64,000 nucleotides of DNA from contig JBFLYH010000002.1 of assembly GCA_040756875.1 (NCBI GenBank), positions 638,978-702,977 of the forward strand. The letters are read 5' to 3'. Below the pieces are notes generated by a model that was not told where the DNA came from, made no database searches, and saw nothing but the letters and a program-made list of their open reading frames with translations. Positions 1 to 10,105 of the stretch are shown in pieces. Source of the DNA: a candidate division FCPU426 bacterium (GTDB taxonomy: Bacteria; Oederibacteriota; JAAXVQ01; JAUVAV01). The position numbers and the translations under genes are program-made. Position 1 is the stretch's first letter, and the number at the start of each line of letters is the position of its first letter.

Positions 1-339
1 CGCCTCCAACTCCGCCTCGGTCTTGCCCACGCCCGCGTAGACGATCCGCTCCGGCGGCACGCCCGCGGCCAGGCCGCGGGTCAACTCGCCCTGGGAAACG
101 ATGTCCAAACCGGCGCCCTGCCCGGCCAACAAGCGCAGGATCGAAAGGTTCGAATTAGCCTTCACCGAATAGCAGACCAGGGGATTCAAATCGGCGAACG
201 CCCGGGCGATTTTTTGATAATGCGAGAGGATGGTGGCCTGGCTGTAGACGTACAAAGGCGTGCCGAACCGCCTGGCCAGCTGGGCCAGCGGCGCGTCTTC
301 GCAATACCATTCCCCCTGCCTCACCTTAAAATCGTCCAT
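1..339 (-). CDS. lysA: Diaminopimelate decarboxylase (N-terminal part, truncated by window edge)
   Basis: Manual translation MDDFKVRQGEWYCEDAPLAQLARRFGTPLYVYS...YSVKANSN...GLDIVSQGEL; contains the GTPLYVY motif and the PLP-lysine KAN motif. Confidence 0.93.
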   Translation of the reverse strand, partial: MDDFKVRQGEWYCEDAPLAQLARRFGTPLYVYSQATILSHYQKIARAFADLNPLVCYSVKANSNLSILRLLAGQGAGLDIVSQGELTRGLAAGVPPERIVYAGVGKTEAELEA

Positions 340-399
340 CGGGTCTTCCGCCTCTCGCCTCCGGAGCGGACAACGCGTCGCTCCCGAAAAATATCCGCA

Positions 400-428
400 A
401 TGCTAGCACACCCATTTTCCCTTGTCAA
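400..428 (-). promoter_or_regulatory. Sigma70-type promoter of lysA
   Basis: Minus strand TTGACA-17 nt-TAGCAT with extended TG. Confidence 0.6.
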
Positions 429-432
429 ATGG

Positions 433-462
433 AGCCCCCGGCCGAGGGGCCCGGGGTTTTTT
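433..462. terminator. GC hairpin with T-run (possible terminator)
   Basis: CCCCGG...CCGGGG followed by TTTTTT on the plus strand, between the 555 gene and the lysA promoter. Confidence 0.45.
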
Positions 463-554
463 ATATAAATTTCTTTCCGCTCCCCTGCGAGGTTGAGTAT
501 AGGGCATGGCCGGCAAGGCGTTTGCGAAAGGGAACGGGAAGTGTAAGCGGAGGT

Positions 555-1220
555 TTAAAAATCTTTAGCGAGACTGAAATGCTGGAGATGCACCAGGGAG
601 GACGTCACTTCGTAATTCAGGCGCCAGCGCCAGCCCTGCGTCCTGAAGCCGATGCCGAAGGCCAGGCCGTTGGAGCGCTCCCCGTCCATTTGCAGGTGGT
701 ATTCCAGATAGGAATGCGCGCCGTTCTTCAGCTTCAACTCGGGCCCGACCCAGACCCGCATGACGTCGTCGAAGGGCGCTTCCACCTTGGTGTTCATGGT
801 CACCTGCTGGACCAGCGGGTAGGAGGAATCCACTTCGATCTCAATCGGCAAAAAACGCCCGCAGCTGAGATAGCGGTTGAGATCCTCGTCGGCGTAAATG
901 CGAACCTGCCCCTCCAGGGGCAGGCCGATCAGCGCCGCCATCCGGTCAATGTCCATGGCCACGCTGGCCTGCCGGGAATCTTCAACGATGCTCATTCCGG
1001 AGGAAGATATCAGCTCCCGCATCTGGCTGCGCAAAAAACGGCGCAAATACTCCTGGCCCTGGCTGAGGTATTGATCCCTGACCTCGGCCGGAGCGCTGAC
1101 GCGGTCTCCGTAAAGTTGGGCCTGCTGCAAGGCCATGGCCTGGAAAGAATCCGCCAGGGCCGTGGCCGCCCAGCCCAGGGCCAGGCAGGCGAGCAGCATC
1201 CCCTTCAGCCAGTGGTTCAT
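555..1220 (-). CDS. Exported hypothetical protein, possible outer-membrane beta-barrel
   Basis: AGGAG RBS, signal peptide (ALA-D), amphipathic C-terminal strands ending in Phe (HFSLAKDF). Confidence 0.6.
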   Translation of the reverse strand: MNHWLKGMLLACLALGWAATALADSFQAMALQQAQLYGDRVSAPAEVRDQYLSQGQEYLRRFLRSQMRELISSSGMSIVEDSRQASVAMDIDRMAALIGLPLEGQVRIYADEDLNRYLSCGRFLPIEIEVDSSYPLVQQVTMNTKVEAPFDDVMRVWVGPELKLKNGAHSYLEYHLQMDGERSNGLAFGIGFRTQGWRWRLNYEVTSSLVHLQHFSLAKDF

Positions 1221-1246
1221 AGCCACTCCTTGCAGGATAATATATA

Positions 1247-1276
1247 AGTATAACCGTCCCTGCCAAACCCTGTCAA
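1247..1276 (-). promoter_or_regulatory. Sigma70-type promoter
   Basis: TTGACA-18 nt-TATACT upstream of the 555..1220 gene. Confidence 0.6.
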
Positions 1277-1283
1277 ATAGTCT

Positions 1284-2597
1284 TTAAAACCCTTTGTCAT
1301 TAAGGCGGCGGACGATGCGTCTGGCAGGTTCCAACAGGTACAGGGACCCGGTTATCAGGATGATCGACTTCAGCCCGGCCGCGCTGAAGGCCGCGCGCAC
1401 AGCAGCAGCCAGGGTGCGGCAAGGCCGGGCCGGCACGCCCTGCTGCCTGAATATCCTTGCCAATTCGGGCGCAGGCAGGCCGCGCGCATCCGGCGGGGTC
1501 ACGGTCCAGGCTTGTTGGGCTATGGGCGCCAGGGCTGCGGCGATGCCGGTTGTGTCCTTGTCAGCCATACAGCCGGCAATCAACAAACAGGAGGCGTCTT
1601 GCTCCCTGAACTCCTGCGCCAGGGCCTGGGCTGCGGCCGGGTTATGTGCGCCATCCAAAATGACCCAGGGCCTACGGTGGATGGTCTCCAAACGGCCCGG
1701 CCACTTCACGCGCCTGCAGCCAGCGGGGATCGCGCGGCGCAGGCCGGGAAACCCGGCGGTTTCCAATTCGCCGGCTGCTGCGACAGCCAACGCCAGATTA
1801 TCGGCTTGAAATGCGCCGGCCAGGGGAATTCGCAGTTGCAGGTTTGTCCGGGATGCGACCTTCAGATCCACGGCCAGGCCGCCTGGCACCCGCTGCCGGC
1901 GCAGGATGCGGACTGCATCCCCCGGCCGGGCGCCGGTAAATTTGACCGGAAACCCGCGCCCCTGCCCCAGCGCCTGCAACTGGCGGCGCAGGGCGGGGTC
2001 AGGCTCCGCGCACAGCATGGGCACGCCCGGCCTGGCCAGGCCGGCTTTTTCCCTGAGAATGGCCTGCCGGGTGGTCCCGAGAAAATCCGTGTGTTCGAGC
2101 TGCACGTTGGTCAGCAGCGAAAGGCGGATATCCTGCCAGGCCGAGGTGGCGTCCAGGCGGCCGCCCATGCCCACTTCCAAGACCGCCAGTTGCGCCCCCT
2201 GGCTGCGGAACAGTTCCGCCGCCAGCACGGTCCACGCTTCGAAGGTGGTGGCTGGCTGCCCCTGGCGCTTCATCCGCTGCAAGGCGGGCAGCAGGCGCTT
2301 GACCGCGGCGGCGAACGCAGCGGCCTTTGCCGGTTTCCCGTCCAGGGTGATTCGCTCGCGTTCGTCGGCCAGATGGGGCGAGGTGAAGCATCCGACGCGG
2401 TATCCGGCCGCCTGGGCCATGCTGGATACCAGGGCCGCGACCGATCCCTTGCCATTGGTGCCGGTAATCTGCACCGCCGGACAACAGCGTTCCGGATGGC
2501 CGCAGAGTTCCAGCAGCCGGCGCGTGCGTTCCAGGCCCGGCAACACGGCGCGCTTGGTCCAGCGCCGCAGAGCGGCCTGGGCTGATTGTAAAATCAC
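1284..2597 (-). CDS. folC: Folylpolyglutamate synthase/dihydrofolate synthase
   Basis: ITGTNGKGS, FTSPHL, LEVGMGGRLDAT, WPGRLE, LDGAHNP motifs; follows accD; GTG start inferred. Confidence 0.93.
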   Translation of the reverse strand: MILQSAQAALRRWTKRAVLPGLERTRRLLELCGHPERCCPAVQITGTNGKGSVAALVSSMAQAAGYRVGCFTSPHLADERERITLDGKPAKAAAFAAAVKRLLPALQRMKRQGQPATTFEAWTVLAAELFRSQGAQLAVLEVGMGGRLDATSAWQDIRLSLLTNVQLEHTDFLGTTRQAILREKAGLARPGVPMLCAEPDPALRRQLQALGQGRGFPVKFTGARPGDAVRILRRQRVPGGLAVDLKVASRTNLQLRIPLAGAFQADNLALAVAAAGELETAGFPGLRRAIPAGCRRVKWPGRLETIHRRPWVILDGAHNPAAAQALAQEFREQDASCLLIAGCMADKDTTGIAAALAPIAQQAWTVTPPDARGLPAPELARIFRQQGVPARPCRTLAAAVRAAFSAAGLKSIILITGSLYLLEPARRIVRRLNDKGF

Positions 2598-2604
2598 GGG
2601 AATT

Positions 2605-3483
2605 TCACCCCCGGCTGGGGCCGGAGGACTTGACAGGGCGGGGGGAAAGGGACAACAGGCGGCCAAGGGTCTCTTTCAACTGCTGGCGCTTGACCACCAT
2701 GTCGAGCATGCCGTGTTCCAGGAGAAACTCGGCGCGTTGAAACCGTTTGGGCAGGTGATGGCGGATGGTTTGTTCGATTACGCGCGGGCCGGCGAACATG
2801 ATCTGGGCGTTGGGTTCGGCGATATTGATATCTCCCAGCATGGCGAAACTCGCGGTCACACCGCCGCCCGTAGGATCCGCCAGCACGGAGATATAAAGCT
2901 GGCCTGCCGCGGACAGGCGCGCCAGGGCGGCCGAGGTCTTGGCCATCTGCATCAGGGAGACAATGCCCTCCTGCATGCGCGCGCCGCCGCCCGAAGAGGA
3001 CACAATGACCACGGGCAGACGGTCCTTCACCGCGCGCTCGATCAGGCGGGCGATCTCCTCGCCCAGCACGGACCCCATGGAACCTCCCATGAACCCGTAA
3101 TCCGTGATCGCCAGCGCGGTTTTGACGCCGCTGATCTCGCACAAGCCGCTGAGTATGGCATCCCGCAGATTGGTCTTCTTTTGTCCGGCCTTAACTTTTT
3201 CGGCATAATTGGGAAATTCCAGCGGATTGGCGGACTGTATCCGGCCGGAAAGGGTCTCCAGAAATACGCCCTTGTCAGCCAAAAGCCGGAGCCGCTCCCG
3301 CGCGGGCATCTGGAAATGGTGGTTGCACTTGGGACAGGTCCGCCAAGCTGCCTCGATTTCCTTGTTGAAAACAATCTCAGCGCAGGTTGGACACTTGGTC
3401 ACCAGGTTGTCAGGAATGGCGACCGTGCGCTCCTTTTTGGAGGCCCTGACTGTCATATACTTTGGTTTCTTAAACCAATCCAT
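2605..3483 (-). CDS. accD: Acetyl-CoA carboxylase carboxyltransferase beta subunit
   Basis: Zinc ribbon CxxC...CxxC, FMGGSMG, GGARMQEG, GGVTASFA. Confidence 0.96.
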   Translation of the reverse strand: MDWFKKPKYMTVRASKKERTVAIPDNLVTKCPTCAEIVFNKEIEAAWRTCPKCNHHFQMPARERLRLLADKGVFLETLSGRIQSANPLEFPNYAEKVKAGQKKTNLRDAILSGLCEISGVKTALAITDYGFMGGSMGSVLGEEIARLIERAVKDRLPVVIVSSSGGGARMQEGIVSLMQMAKTSAALARLSAAGQLYISVLADPTGGGVTASFAMLGDINIAEPNAQIMFAGPRVIEQTIRHHLPKRFQRAEFLLEHGMLDMVVKRQQLKETLGRLLSLSPRPVKSSGPSRG

Positions 3484-3595
3484 GCTTTGGTCCTTTAAAA
3501 AAGATTCTTTCCGAACAAAAACGCGTATATTTTAACTTATTTTGGATAAAAAAAAGATAAAAAAGCGCGTCTGAAACCAGCCTCCGTTATTTCCC

Positions 3596-4405
3596 TTATT
3601 TTATTGGTTTTTTCACTGCCCGGCAGATCCCTGAAGCCAGTTTGCTCAGTTGGTTCAGGGCCTGGGCATCGGAAATCCGGCCTTCCATGGCTTTCACCAA
3701 TGCACTGCCTACTATAACTCCCTCGGCGATTCGGCTGACCTGGCTGGCTTGTTGGGGAGAAGAAATCCCGAAACCGACCAGGATCGGCAGGCGGGTGTGC
3801 CGCCTGACCCGTTTGAGGCCAGCTGCCAGGTCCGGAGGAACGGTCCGGCGCGCGCCCGTGGTGCCGGTGACGGACATATAATAAATGTAGCCGCTCGAAG
3901 ACCGGGCCACTGCCTGCACCCTGGTTTCCGGGCTGTTGGGCGTGGTCATGAAGACCGTATCCAGGCCGCGTAGCCGGCACTGGCTGATCCAGGGTCCCGC
4001 CTCCTCGGGCGGAAGGTCGGGAATAATGCAGCCGTCCACCCCGGAGCTGACCGCCTGCCTGGCCGAGGCCTCCAAGCCGAACTGGAGGAAAGGATTATAA
4101 TAACCCATCAGCAGCAGGGGCACGTTGGTCTGCCGGCGCAGGGAACGCGCCAAATCGAAGATTTTGGGCAAGGTGGCGCCAGCTTCCAGGGCCCGCTGCG
4201 AAGAAGCCTGGATCACAGGCCCGTCGGCCAGGGGGTCTGAAAAAGGCACGCCCAGTTCCACGGCATCCGCGCCCAGGCCGGCCAGGCGCAAGACCGCCTG
4301 GCGGGTGAAATCAAACCCCCGGTCGCCGGCCGTGATAAAGGGCACGAATAGGCGGCGGCCTGCCCCCAGTTCAGCGGCCAGGCGCTGCTGCAGCCGCCGG
4401 CTCAT
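3596..4405 (-). CDS. trpA: Tryptophan synthase alpha chain
   Basis: [34 protein letters not shown] overlap with trpB. Confidence 0.96.
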   Translation of the reverse strand: MSRRLQQRLAAELGAGRRLFVPFITAGDRGFDFTRQAVLRLAGLGADAVELGVPFSDPLADGPVIQASSQRALEAGATLPKIFDLARSLRRQTNVPLLLMGYYNPFLQFGLEASARQAVSSGVDGCIIPDLPPEEAGPWISQCRLRGLDTVFMTTPNSPETRVQAVARSSSGYIYYMSVTGTTGARRTVPPDLAAGLKRVRRHTRLPILVGFGISSPQQASQVSRIAEGVIVGSALVKAMEGRISDAQALNQLSKLASGICRAVKKPIK

Positions 4406-5574
4406 GACGCGTCTCCGGGCTTCAGGTCCTTGTCGCCCCGGCCGGAAACGTTGACCAGGAGGATTTTCCCCCTGCCCAACCTGCGGGCCAGTACGCGGGC
4501 ATACGCCACGGCATGGGCGCTTTCCAGCGCCGGAATGATCCCCTCCAGGCGCGAGAGTTCGCGCTGAGCGGCCAGGGCCTGGCTGTCCGTAACGCTGGCG
4601 AACCGGGCGCGGCCGCTGTCCTTCAACCAGGCCAGTTCCGGCCCCACGCCCGGATAATCCAGGCCTGCGGCCGCGGAATGCGTGGCCTTGATCTGGCCGA
4701 ACGCGTCCTGCAGGACGTAGCTCCGGCTGCCGTGCAGCACGCCCGGCCGGCCGCGCAGCAGCGAGGCGGCGTGCCGGCCCGTGCCCAGCCCTTCGCCGGC
4801 TGCCTCCACGCCCACCAGTTGCACGCGCGCGTCGCGCCGGAATCCCGAAAAAATGCCCATGGCGTTGCTGCCGCCGCCCACGCAGGCCACGACCGCGTCC
4901 GGGAGACGGCGGGCCGCGGCCAGAATCTGGCGGCGGGCCTCGCGGCCGATCACGGACTGGAAATCGCGCACCAGGGTGGGATACGGGTCGAACCCGGCCA
5001 CGGTGCCGATCAGATAATAGGTGGTGCGTACGTTCGTGATCCAGTCGCGGATGGCCTCGTTCATGGCGTCTTTCAGCGTGCGCGTGCCCGACTCCACGCC
5101 CACCACCTCGGCGCCCAGGAGCCGCATGCGGTAGACGTTGAGCGCCTGCCGCCGCATGTCCTCGGTGCCCATGTACACGCGGCAGGTCATCCCGTAGCGG
5201 GCGCACACCGTGGCCGTGGCCACGCCGTGCTGGCCGGCGCCGGTTTCGGCGATGATGCGGCGCTTGCCCATGCGGCGGGCGAGCAGGATCTGCCCCAGGC
5301 AGTTGTTGAGTTTGTGGGAGCCCGTATGCAGCAGATCCTCCCGCTTGAGGAAGACCCTGGCTCCGCCCCAGGCCTCGGTCAGCCGGCCCGCGAAATCCAG
5401 GGGCGTGGGGCGGCCGCCGTAATTTTTCAGGGCCGCCTCCCACTCCCGCCGGAAAGCCGGGTCTCTCCGCGCCTGGGCATAGGCCCGGCGCAGCTCGGCC
5501 ACCGCGGGGACCAGCACCTCGGGCGCGAAGCAGCCCCCGTAGGGGCCGAACCAGCCCATGCGTTTCATAGACAT
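4402..5574 (-). CDS. trpB: Tryptophan synthase beta chain
   Basis: [48 protein letters not shown]. Confidence 0.97.
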   Translation of the reverse strand: MSMKRMGWFGPYGGCFAPEVLVPAVAELRRAYAQARRDPAFRREWEAALKNYGGRPTPLDFAGRLTEAWGGARVFLKREDLLHTGSHKLNNCLGQILLARRMGKRRIIAETGAGQHGVATATVCARYGMTCRVYMGTEDMRRQALNVYRMRLLGAEVVGVESGTRTLKDAMNEAIRDWITNVRTTYYLIGTVAGFDPYPTLVRDFQSVIGREARRQILAAARRLPDAVVACVGGGSNAMGIFSGFRRDARVQLVGVEAAGEGLGTGRHAASLLRGRPGVLHGSRSYVLQDAFGQIKATHSAAAGLDYPGVGPELAWLKDSGRARFASVTDSQALAAQRELSRLEGIIPALESAHAVAYARVLARRLGRGKILLVNVSGRGDKDLKPGDAS

Positions 5575-6212
5575 GCCAGCCTCCTCGAAGAACCGTCCGC
5601 GCGGCGCACGGCCCGGATGAACGCCCGTATCCGCGCAGGATCCTTGACGCCTGGCCTCAGTTCCACGCCCGAGGACACGTCCACCATGTCCGGCCGCACC
5701 CTGCGGATGGCTTCGCTTACGTTTTCGGGCGTCAGGCCCCCGGCCAGGATCACCGGCTTGCCAAAACGGCGCAGGTGCCGGGCAAAGGGCCAGTTGGATT
5801 TTTTTCCGGTCCCGCCAACCTGCCCCGGAACCAAGGCGTCCACCAGATACGCGCCGGCTGCTGGCGCGGGATCGCGGACCGGGAGCGGCGCGTCCGCCGC
5901 GGGCCGCAGCGCCCGGATCACCCGGGGGCGCGGAAAGCGCCTCATCCAGGCGTTGGTCTCCTGGCCGTGAAACTGGAGCCGGTCTAGCCCCAGCTCCTCC
6001 AGGCTGTACTGCAGCAGGGGCAGCGGCTGGTCGACCACCACGCCCACCGTGGTCACGAAGGGCGGCACCCCGGCCAGCAGGCGCCTGGCCTGCGCGACCG
6101 AAATGCACCGGGGCGAAGGCGCCAGCACGAAGCCGAGCGCGTCCGCGCCGGCCGTGACCGCGGCCCGGACATCCTCCGGCCGGGTCAGGCCGCAAATCTT
6201 GACGCGGATCAC
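5565..6212 (-). CDS. trpF: Phosphoribosylanthranilate isomerase
   Basis: [30 protein letters not shown]. Confidence 0.95.
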   Translation of the reverse strand: MIRVKICGLTRPEDVRAAVTAGADALGFVLAPSPRCISVAQARRLLAGVPPFVTTVGVVVDQPLPLLQYSLEELGLDRLQFHGQETNAWMRRFPRPRVIRALRPAADAPLPVRDPAPAAGAYLVDALVPGQVGGTGKKSNWPFARHLRRFGKPVILAGGLTPENVSEAIRRVRPDMVDVSSGVELRPGVKDPARIRAFIRAVRRADGSSRRLACL

Positions 6213-7006
6213 AGCCGCTCCGCGACCTGCACCATGCGCCGCAACAGCGTCTCGGGCTGCGAATCGGCCAGCAGGGCCCTGCCCACCAGCACGCTGCGCA
6301 CGCGGTCGGATTCAATGGTCGTGATTTCCTCGGGCGTGGCATAGCCGCTGGCCGCGATCACCAGGTTGTCCCGCGGAATGCTCTTGGCCAGCCGGCCGAC
6401 GGTTTGGCGGTTGATTTTCAGCGTGTTCAGGTCCCGGTTGTTGATCAGGATCACGTCGGCGCCCGCCCGTAGGGAGCGTTTGACGTCCGGCGCCTTGTGG
6501 ATCTCGACCACGGGCGTCATGCCCAGCCCGATCGTCAGCTCCACCAGGCGGGTGAGCAGTTTGTCCGGCAGGGCCTCGGCTATGAGCAGCACGGCGTCGG
6601 CCTGCGCGGCGCGCGATTCGTAGATCTGATAGGGATCGACGACGAAATCCTTGCGCAGCACGGGCAGCCCGCACAGGCGCTTGAGCTCCGCAATCTGGCC
6701 CAGTTTGCCGTCGAAATGCTTTGCGTCGGTCACGTACGACAGCGCCACCGCGCCGCCGGCCACGTAGGCGGCAACCATTTTTTCCAGGCCGTAGCGCGGC
6801 CGGAACGACGGCGAGCCGGGCATCCTGCGCTTGATCTCGGCGACCACGTTGATGCGCGGGGCGTTCGCCAGCGCTTCGCGGAAATTCCGGACCGGCGGCA
6901 GGGTCAACACGGTTTGCAGCAGCTTGTCGAGCGGCGTCCGCTTCTGCGCCTGGGCCACTTCCTTGTGTTTCTCTTTCATTACCGCTTTTAAGAAAGACTT
7001 GGCCAT
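6209..7006 (-). CDS. trpC: Indole-3-glycerol phosphate synthase (divergent)
   Basis: AEIKR, PVLRKDF, NNRDL; position in the operon before trpF. Confidence 0.88.
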   Translation of the reverse strand: MAKSFLKAVMKEKHKEVAQAQKRTPLDKLLQTVLTLPPVRNFREALANAPRINVVAEIKRRMPGSPSFRPRYGLEKMVAAYVAGGAVALSYVTDAKHFDGKLGQIAELKRLCGLPVLRKDFVVDPYQIYESRAAQADAVLLIAEALPDKLLTRLVELTIGLGMTPVVEIHKAPDVKRSLRAGADVILINNRDLNTLKINRQTVGRLAKSIPRDNLVIAASGYATPEEITTIESDRVRSVLVGRALLADSQPETLLRRMVQVAERL

Positions 7007-7147
7007 GCTCCCATCCCCCTTGAGCATAGAAATGAAGGGTCCCGTCCTGGTGCTCCGGGTTCCCTCTCGTGTGTTCCGCCTTCCGCCCCGCGAAAGCGAG
7101 GCGGAGGGAGTATTGCTTCGATGTCCGACTATCGGCCGCGCCCGCTT

Positions 7148-8554
7148 TCAGCGCCCGGCCGGTTCCTCCGGTTCTCCCAGCCGCTGCGGCGTCCGGCCGC
7201 GGTAACGCGCGCCCGCCTGCTCCGCGAACCGCCTCACCTGTCCCGCATCCACGGCGGGAAGCTCCACGGCTGTCGCCGTGACTTCGAACCCCGCGGCCGC
7301 GGCGCGGCGGATGAACGACTGCACGGCCGGCAGTGTCTCCGGGCCTGTGGCGGGGCGGACCAGTTCAAGGTACTGCGCCGGGTCCGTGCTGTTGAGCGAT
7401 ACGGACCAGGCGTCCACCACGCCGCGGCACTCGGGCAGAATGTCCCGGCCAAAAAGGCAGTCCGCGTGCCCGTTCGTGTCCACGCGCACCCGCGCGCCCT
7501 GGGCTTTGACCCCGCGCGCCACCGCGAGCAAAGTGGGCAGCCGCAGCAGCGGCTCCCCGAACCCGCAGAAAACGACTTCCGAATAGCGGCGCGCGTCGCC
7601 GATGGCCGCGAGCAGCTCCGCGGCTTTCGGTTCCCGGCGCAGAGTCAATTCGTACTGCTGCAGTCGGCGCGAAACGCGGCGCGGGCAAAAGGCGCAGTTG
7701 GCGCTGCAGCGGTTGGTCAGGTTGACGTATAAATGCCCCTTGAGCTCGTAAAGCCACTGCCCCGGGTCTTCGGGGCTCAGCTTGAACAGCCGCTCCGCGC
7801 TGGCGGATGTGCGTTCCGCCACTTCCTCCGCCGCCAAGCCGCGGACACGGGCCACAGCCGCGGCGACTTCCGCCACGGCCGCGGGTTCATTGCGCTGGCC
7901 CCGCCGGCTCTGCGGCGGCAGGTAAGGCGCGTCCGTTTCCAGCAGCAGCCGGTCCAGCGGCGCCTGCTGGACCGCGGCCCGCAGGCCCCCGGCCCGCGGA
8001 TACGTCACCGGCCCGCCGATGCCCAGCGAAAACCCCAGGTCCAAGCTCTCGGCCAAGTGCGTCTCTTCGCCGGAATAACAGTGCAGCACGCCGCCCCAGG
8101 GCCAGGGCCCTGCGGCCCGCAGTTCAGCCAGGGCCTCGGCCTGGGCCTCGCGGACATGTACCACGGGCGGCAATTCGAAAACTTTGGCCCACCAGAGCTG
8201 GCGCCTGAACGCCCGCAACTGGGCCTCGCGGTCCGGCGCCGGATATTCGGGAAACTGGTGGAAATCCAGCCCGATCTCGCCCAGGGCGACCACGGATTCC
8301 TGGCACAACTGGGCGGGCAGCGCTTCCACGGCCTCGAGCCCCTGGCGCGGGAATTCGTGCGGGTGCAGCCCGATGCCCAGGGCCATGCCCTCCACGCGGG
8401 GGGCCAGGGCCAGGGCCGCGGCATTGGCCGCCACCGTGGACCCGGCGTTGAGAAACGCCTCCACGCCGGCTTGGCGGGCGCGCGCAATCACCTGCTCGCG
8501 GTCCGCGTCAAACGCCGGGTCCTCCAAATGCACGTGCGTGTCGATCAAACGCAT
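7148..8554 (-). CDS. TatD family DNase fused to TatD-associated radical SAM domain
   Basis: N-terminal DTHVH, GEIGLD, ETDAPYL; C-terminal LYVNLTNRCSANCAFC, VVFCGFGEP, RVDTNG. Confidence 0.9.
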   Translation of the reverse strand: MRLIDTHVHLEDPAFDADREQVIARARQAGVEAFLNAGSTVAANAAALALAPRVEGMALGIGLHPHEFPRQGLEAVEALPAQLCQESVVALGEIGLDFHQFPEYPAPDREAQLRAFRRQLWWAKVFELPPVVHVREAQAEALAELRAAGPWPWGGVLHCYSGEETHLAESLDLGFSLGIGGPVTYPRAGGLRAAVQQAPLDRLLLETDAPYLPPQSRRGQRNEPAAVAEVAAAVARVRGLAAEEVAERTSASAERLFKLSPEDPGQWLYELKGHLYVNLTNRCSANCAFCPRRVSRRLQQYELTLRREPKAAELLAAIGDARRYSEVVFCGFGEPLLRLPTLLAVARGVKAQGARVRVDTNGHADCLFGRDILPECRGVVDAWSVSLNSTDPAQYLELVRPATGPETLPAVQSFIRRAAAAGFEVTATAVELPAVDAGQVRRFAEQAGARYRGRTPQRLGEPEEPAGR

Positions 8555-8557
8555 GAT

Positions 8558-10093
8558 TCAGCCTTGCTTGGCTTCCCGCTCGATGCGCGGAAACAAAGGG
8601 CCGGTTTTGGCAATGGTCTGGCCTGCGGGCAGCAGGCCCCAGGCGGCGGCAGCCGGAAAGAGCTGCGGCCGGCCGGGATCCGTATCGCCCAGTTGCGCCA
8701 GCATGCGCGGCGTGGTGTCGGGCATGAAAGCCTGCAGGTAGCAGGCCGCCAGCCGCAGCGTTTCCAGCAGCTGGTACATGACCGCGTCCACCTGCGACTG
8801 GGCACCTTGCTTGAAAAGCGCCCAGGGCGCGGCCTCGTCGATGAACTTGTTGGCCCGCTTGACCAGGTCCCACACCAGGCCCAGGGCCGCGGAGAAATCG
8901 AGTGCATCCATTGCACGGTCGAAGGCCGCAAACAGGCCGCCGGCTTTTTCCGCCAGCACGCCGCCGGCCGGAGCGGGCACGCGGCCGCCGCAATACTTCT
9001 CCACCATGGTCAGCGAGCGGTTCAGGAGGTTTCCCAGGTCGTTGGCCAGGTCGCTGTTATAGCGCTCGATCATCGACTCCTCGCTGAAATCGCCGTCCCC
9101 GGCGAAGGCGTTGGCCGCCAGGAGGACGTAGCGCACCGGGTCCACGCCGAAGGCGCGGGTCAGGTCCAGGGGATCGAGCACGTTGCCCCGGGTTTTGGAC
9201 AGCTTCTCACCCTTGAGGTAAATGAACCCGTGCCCGAACACCCGCTTGGGCAGGGGCAGGGACGCGGAAAGCAGCATGGCCGGCCAGATAATGCAGTGGA
9301 AGCGCGTAATGTCCTTGCCGATCACGTGCACGTCCACGGGCCAGAAGCGGGAGAACCGCTCCATGTCTTGGGGAAACCCGATGGCCGACAGGTAATTGAT
9401 CAGGGCGTCGAACCACACGTAGATGACGTGGCTGGGGTCGTCCGGAAACGGGATGCCCCATTGGGACGTGGAACGGGAAATGGAGATGTCCTTCAACCCG
9501 GCGCGGATCACGTTTAAAACTTCGTTGCGCCGCGATTCCGGCTGGACGAATTCCGGGTGCGCCTCGATGTGGCGCAACAGCGGCTCCGCATAGCGAGACA
9601 GCCGGAAGAAGTAATTCTCCTCGGCCAGCCACACGGGCGCGGTCCCGTGGTCCGGGCATTTGCCGTCCTTCAGGTCCGCCTCGGTGTAGAAGTTGTTGCA
9701 GGAATTGCAGTACCAGCCCTCATAGCGGCCGCGATAGATGTCCCCGGCGCGCTGCGACCGCCGCACCATCTCCTGGGCCGCGGCGTGATGGATGGGCTCG
9801 GACGTGCGGATGAACCGGTCGAAGGAAACGTTGAGCGCCTTCCAAGTGTCCTGGAAAATCCCGGCCATCTGGTCGCAGAACGCGAGGGGCGTCAGATTCA
9901 ACTCCCTGGCCCGGGCCTCGACGTTGGCGGAATGCTCGTCCGAGCCGGTGGCAAAGACCACCTCGTGGCCCGTGGCGCGCTTCCAGCGGGCCAGGGCGTC
10001 CGTGGCGATTTCCTCATAGGCATGACCCAGGTGCGGACGCGAATTGGCGTAGGTGATGGCCGTGGTAACATAATACCGGGGGGTGGTGGACAC
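8558..10093 (-). CDS. metG: Methionine--tRNA ligase (short form)
   Basis: HLGH, TGSDEH, YVWFDAL, GKDITRFH, KLSKT. Confidence 0.96.
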   Translation of the reverse strand: MSTTPRYYVTTAITYANSRPHLGHAYEEIATDALARWKRATGHEVVFATGSDEHSANVEARARELNLTPLAFCDQMAGIFQDTWKALNVSFDRFIRTSEPIHHAAAQEMVRRSQRAGDIYRGRYEGWYCNSCNNFYTEADLKDGKCPDHGTAPVWLAEENYFFRLSRYAEPLLRHIEAHPEFVQPESRRNEVLNVIRAGLKDISISRSTSQWGIPFPDDPSHVIYVWFDALINYLSAIGFPQDMERFSRFWPVDVHVIGKDITRFHCIIWPAMLLSASLPLPKRVFGHGFIYLKGEKLSKTRGNVLDPLDLTRAFGVDPVRYVLLAANAFAGDGDFSEESMIERYNSDLANDLGNLLNRSLTMVEKYCGGRVPAPAGGVLAEKAGGLFAAFDRAMDALDFSAALGLVWDLVKRANKFIDEAAPWALFKQGAQSQVDAVMYQLLETLRLAACYLQAFMPDTTPRMLAQLGDTDPGRPQLFPAAAAWGLLPAGQTIAKTGPLFPRIEREAKQG

Positions 10094-10105
10094 GGAACGT
10101 GCTCC

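Noticed and set aside
340-555. Lysine riboswitch upstream of lysA
   Set aside because: No recognisable L-box motifs, and the predicted promoter is only about 60 bp from the start codon.
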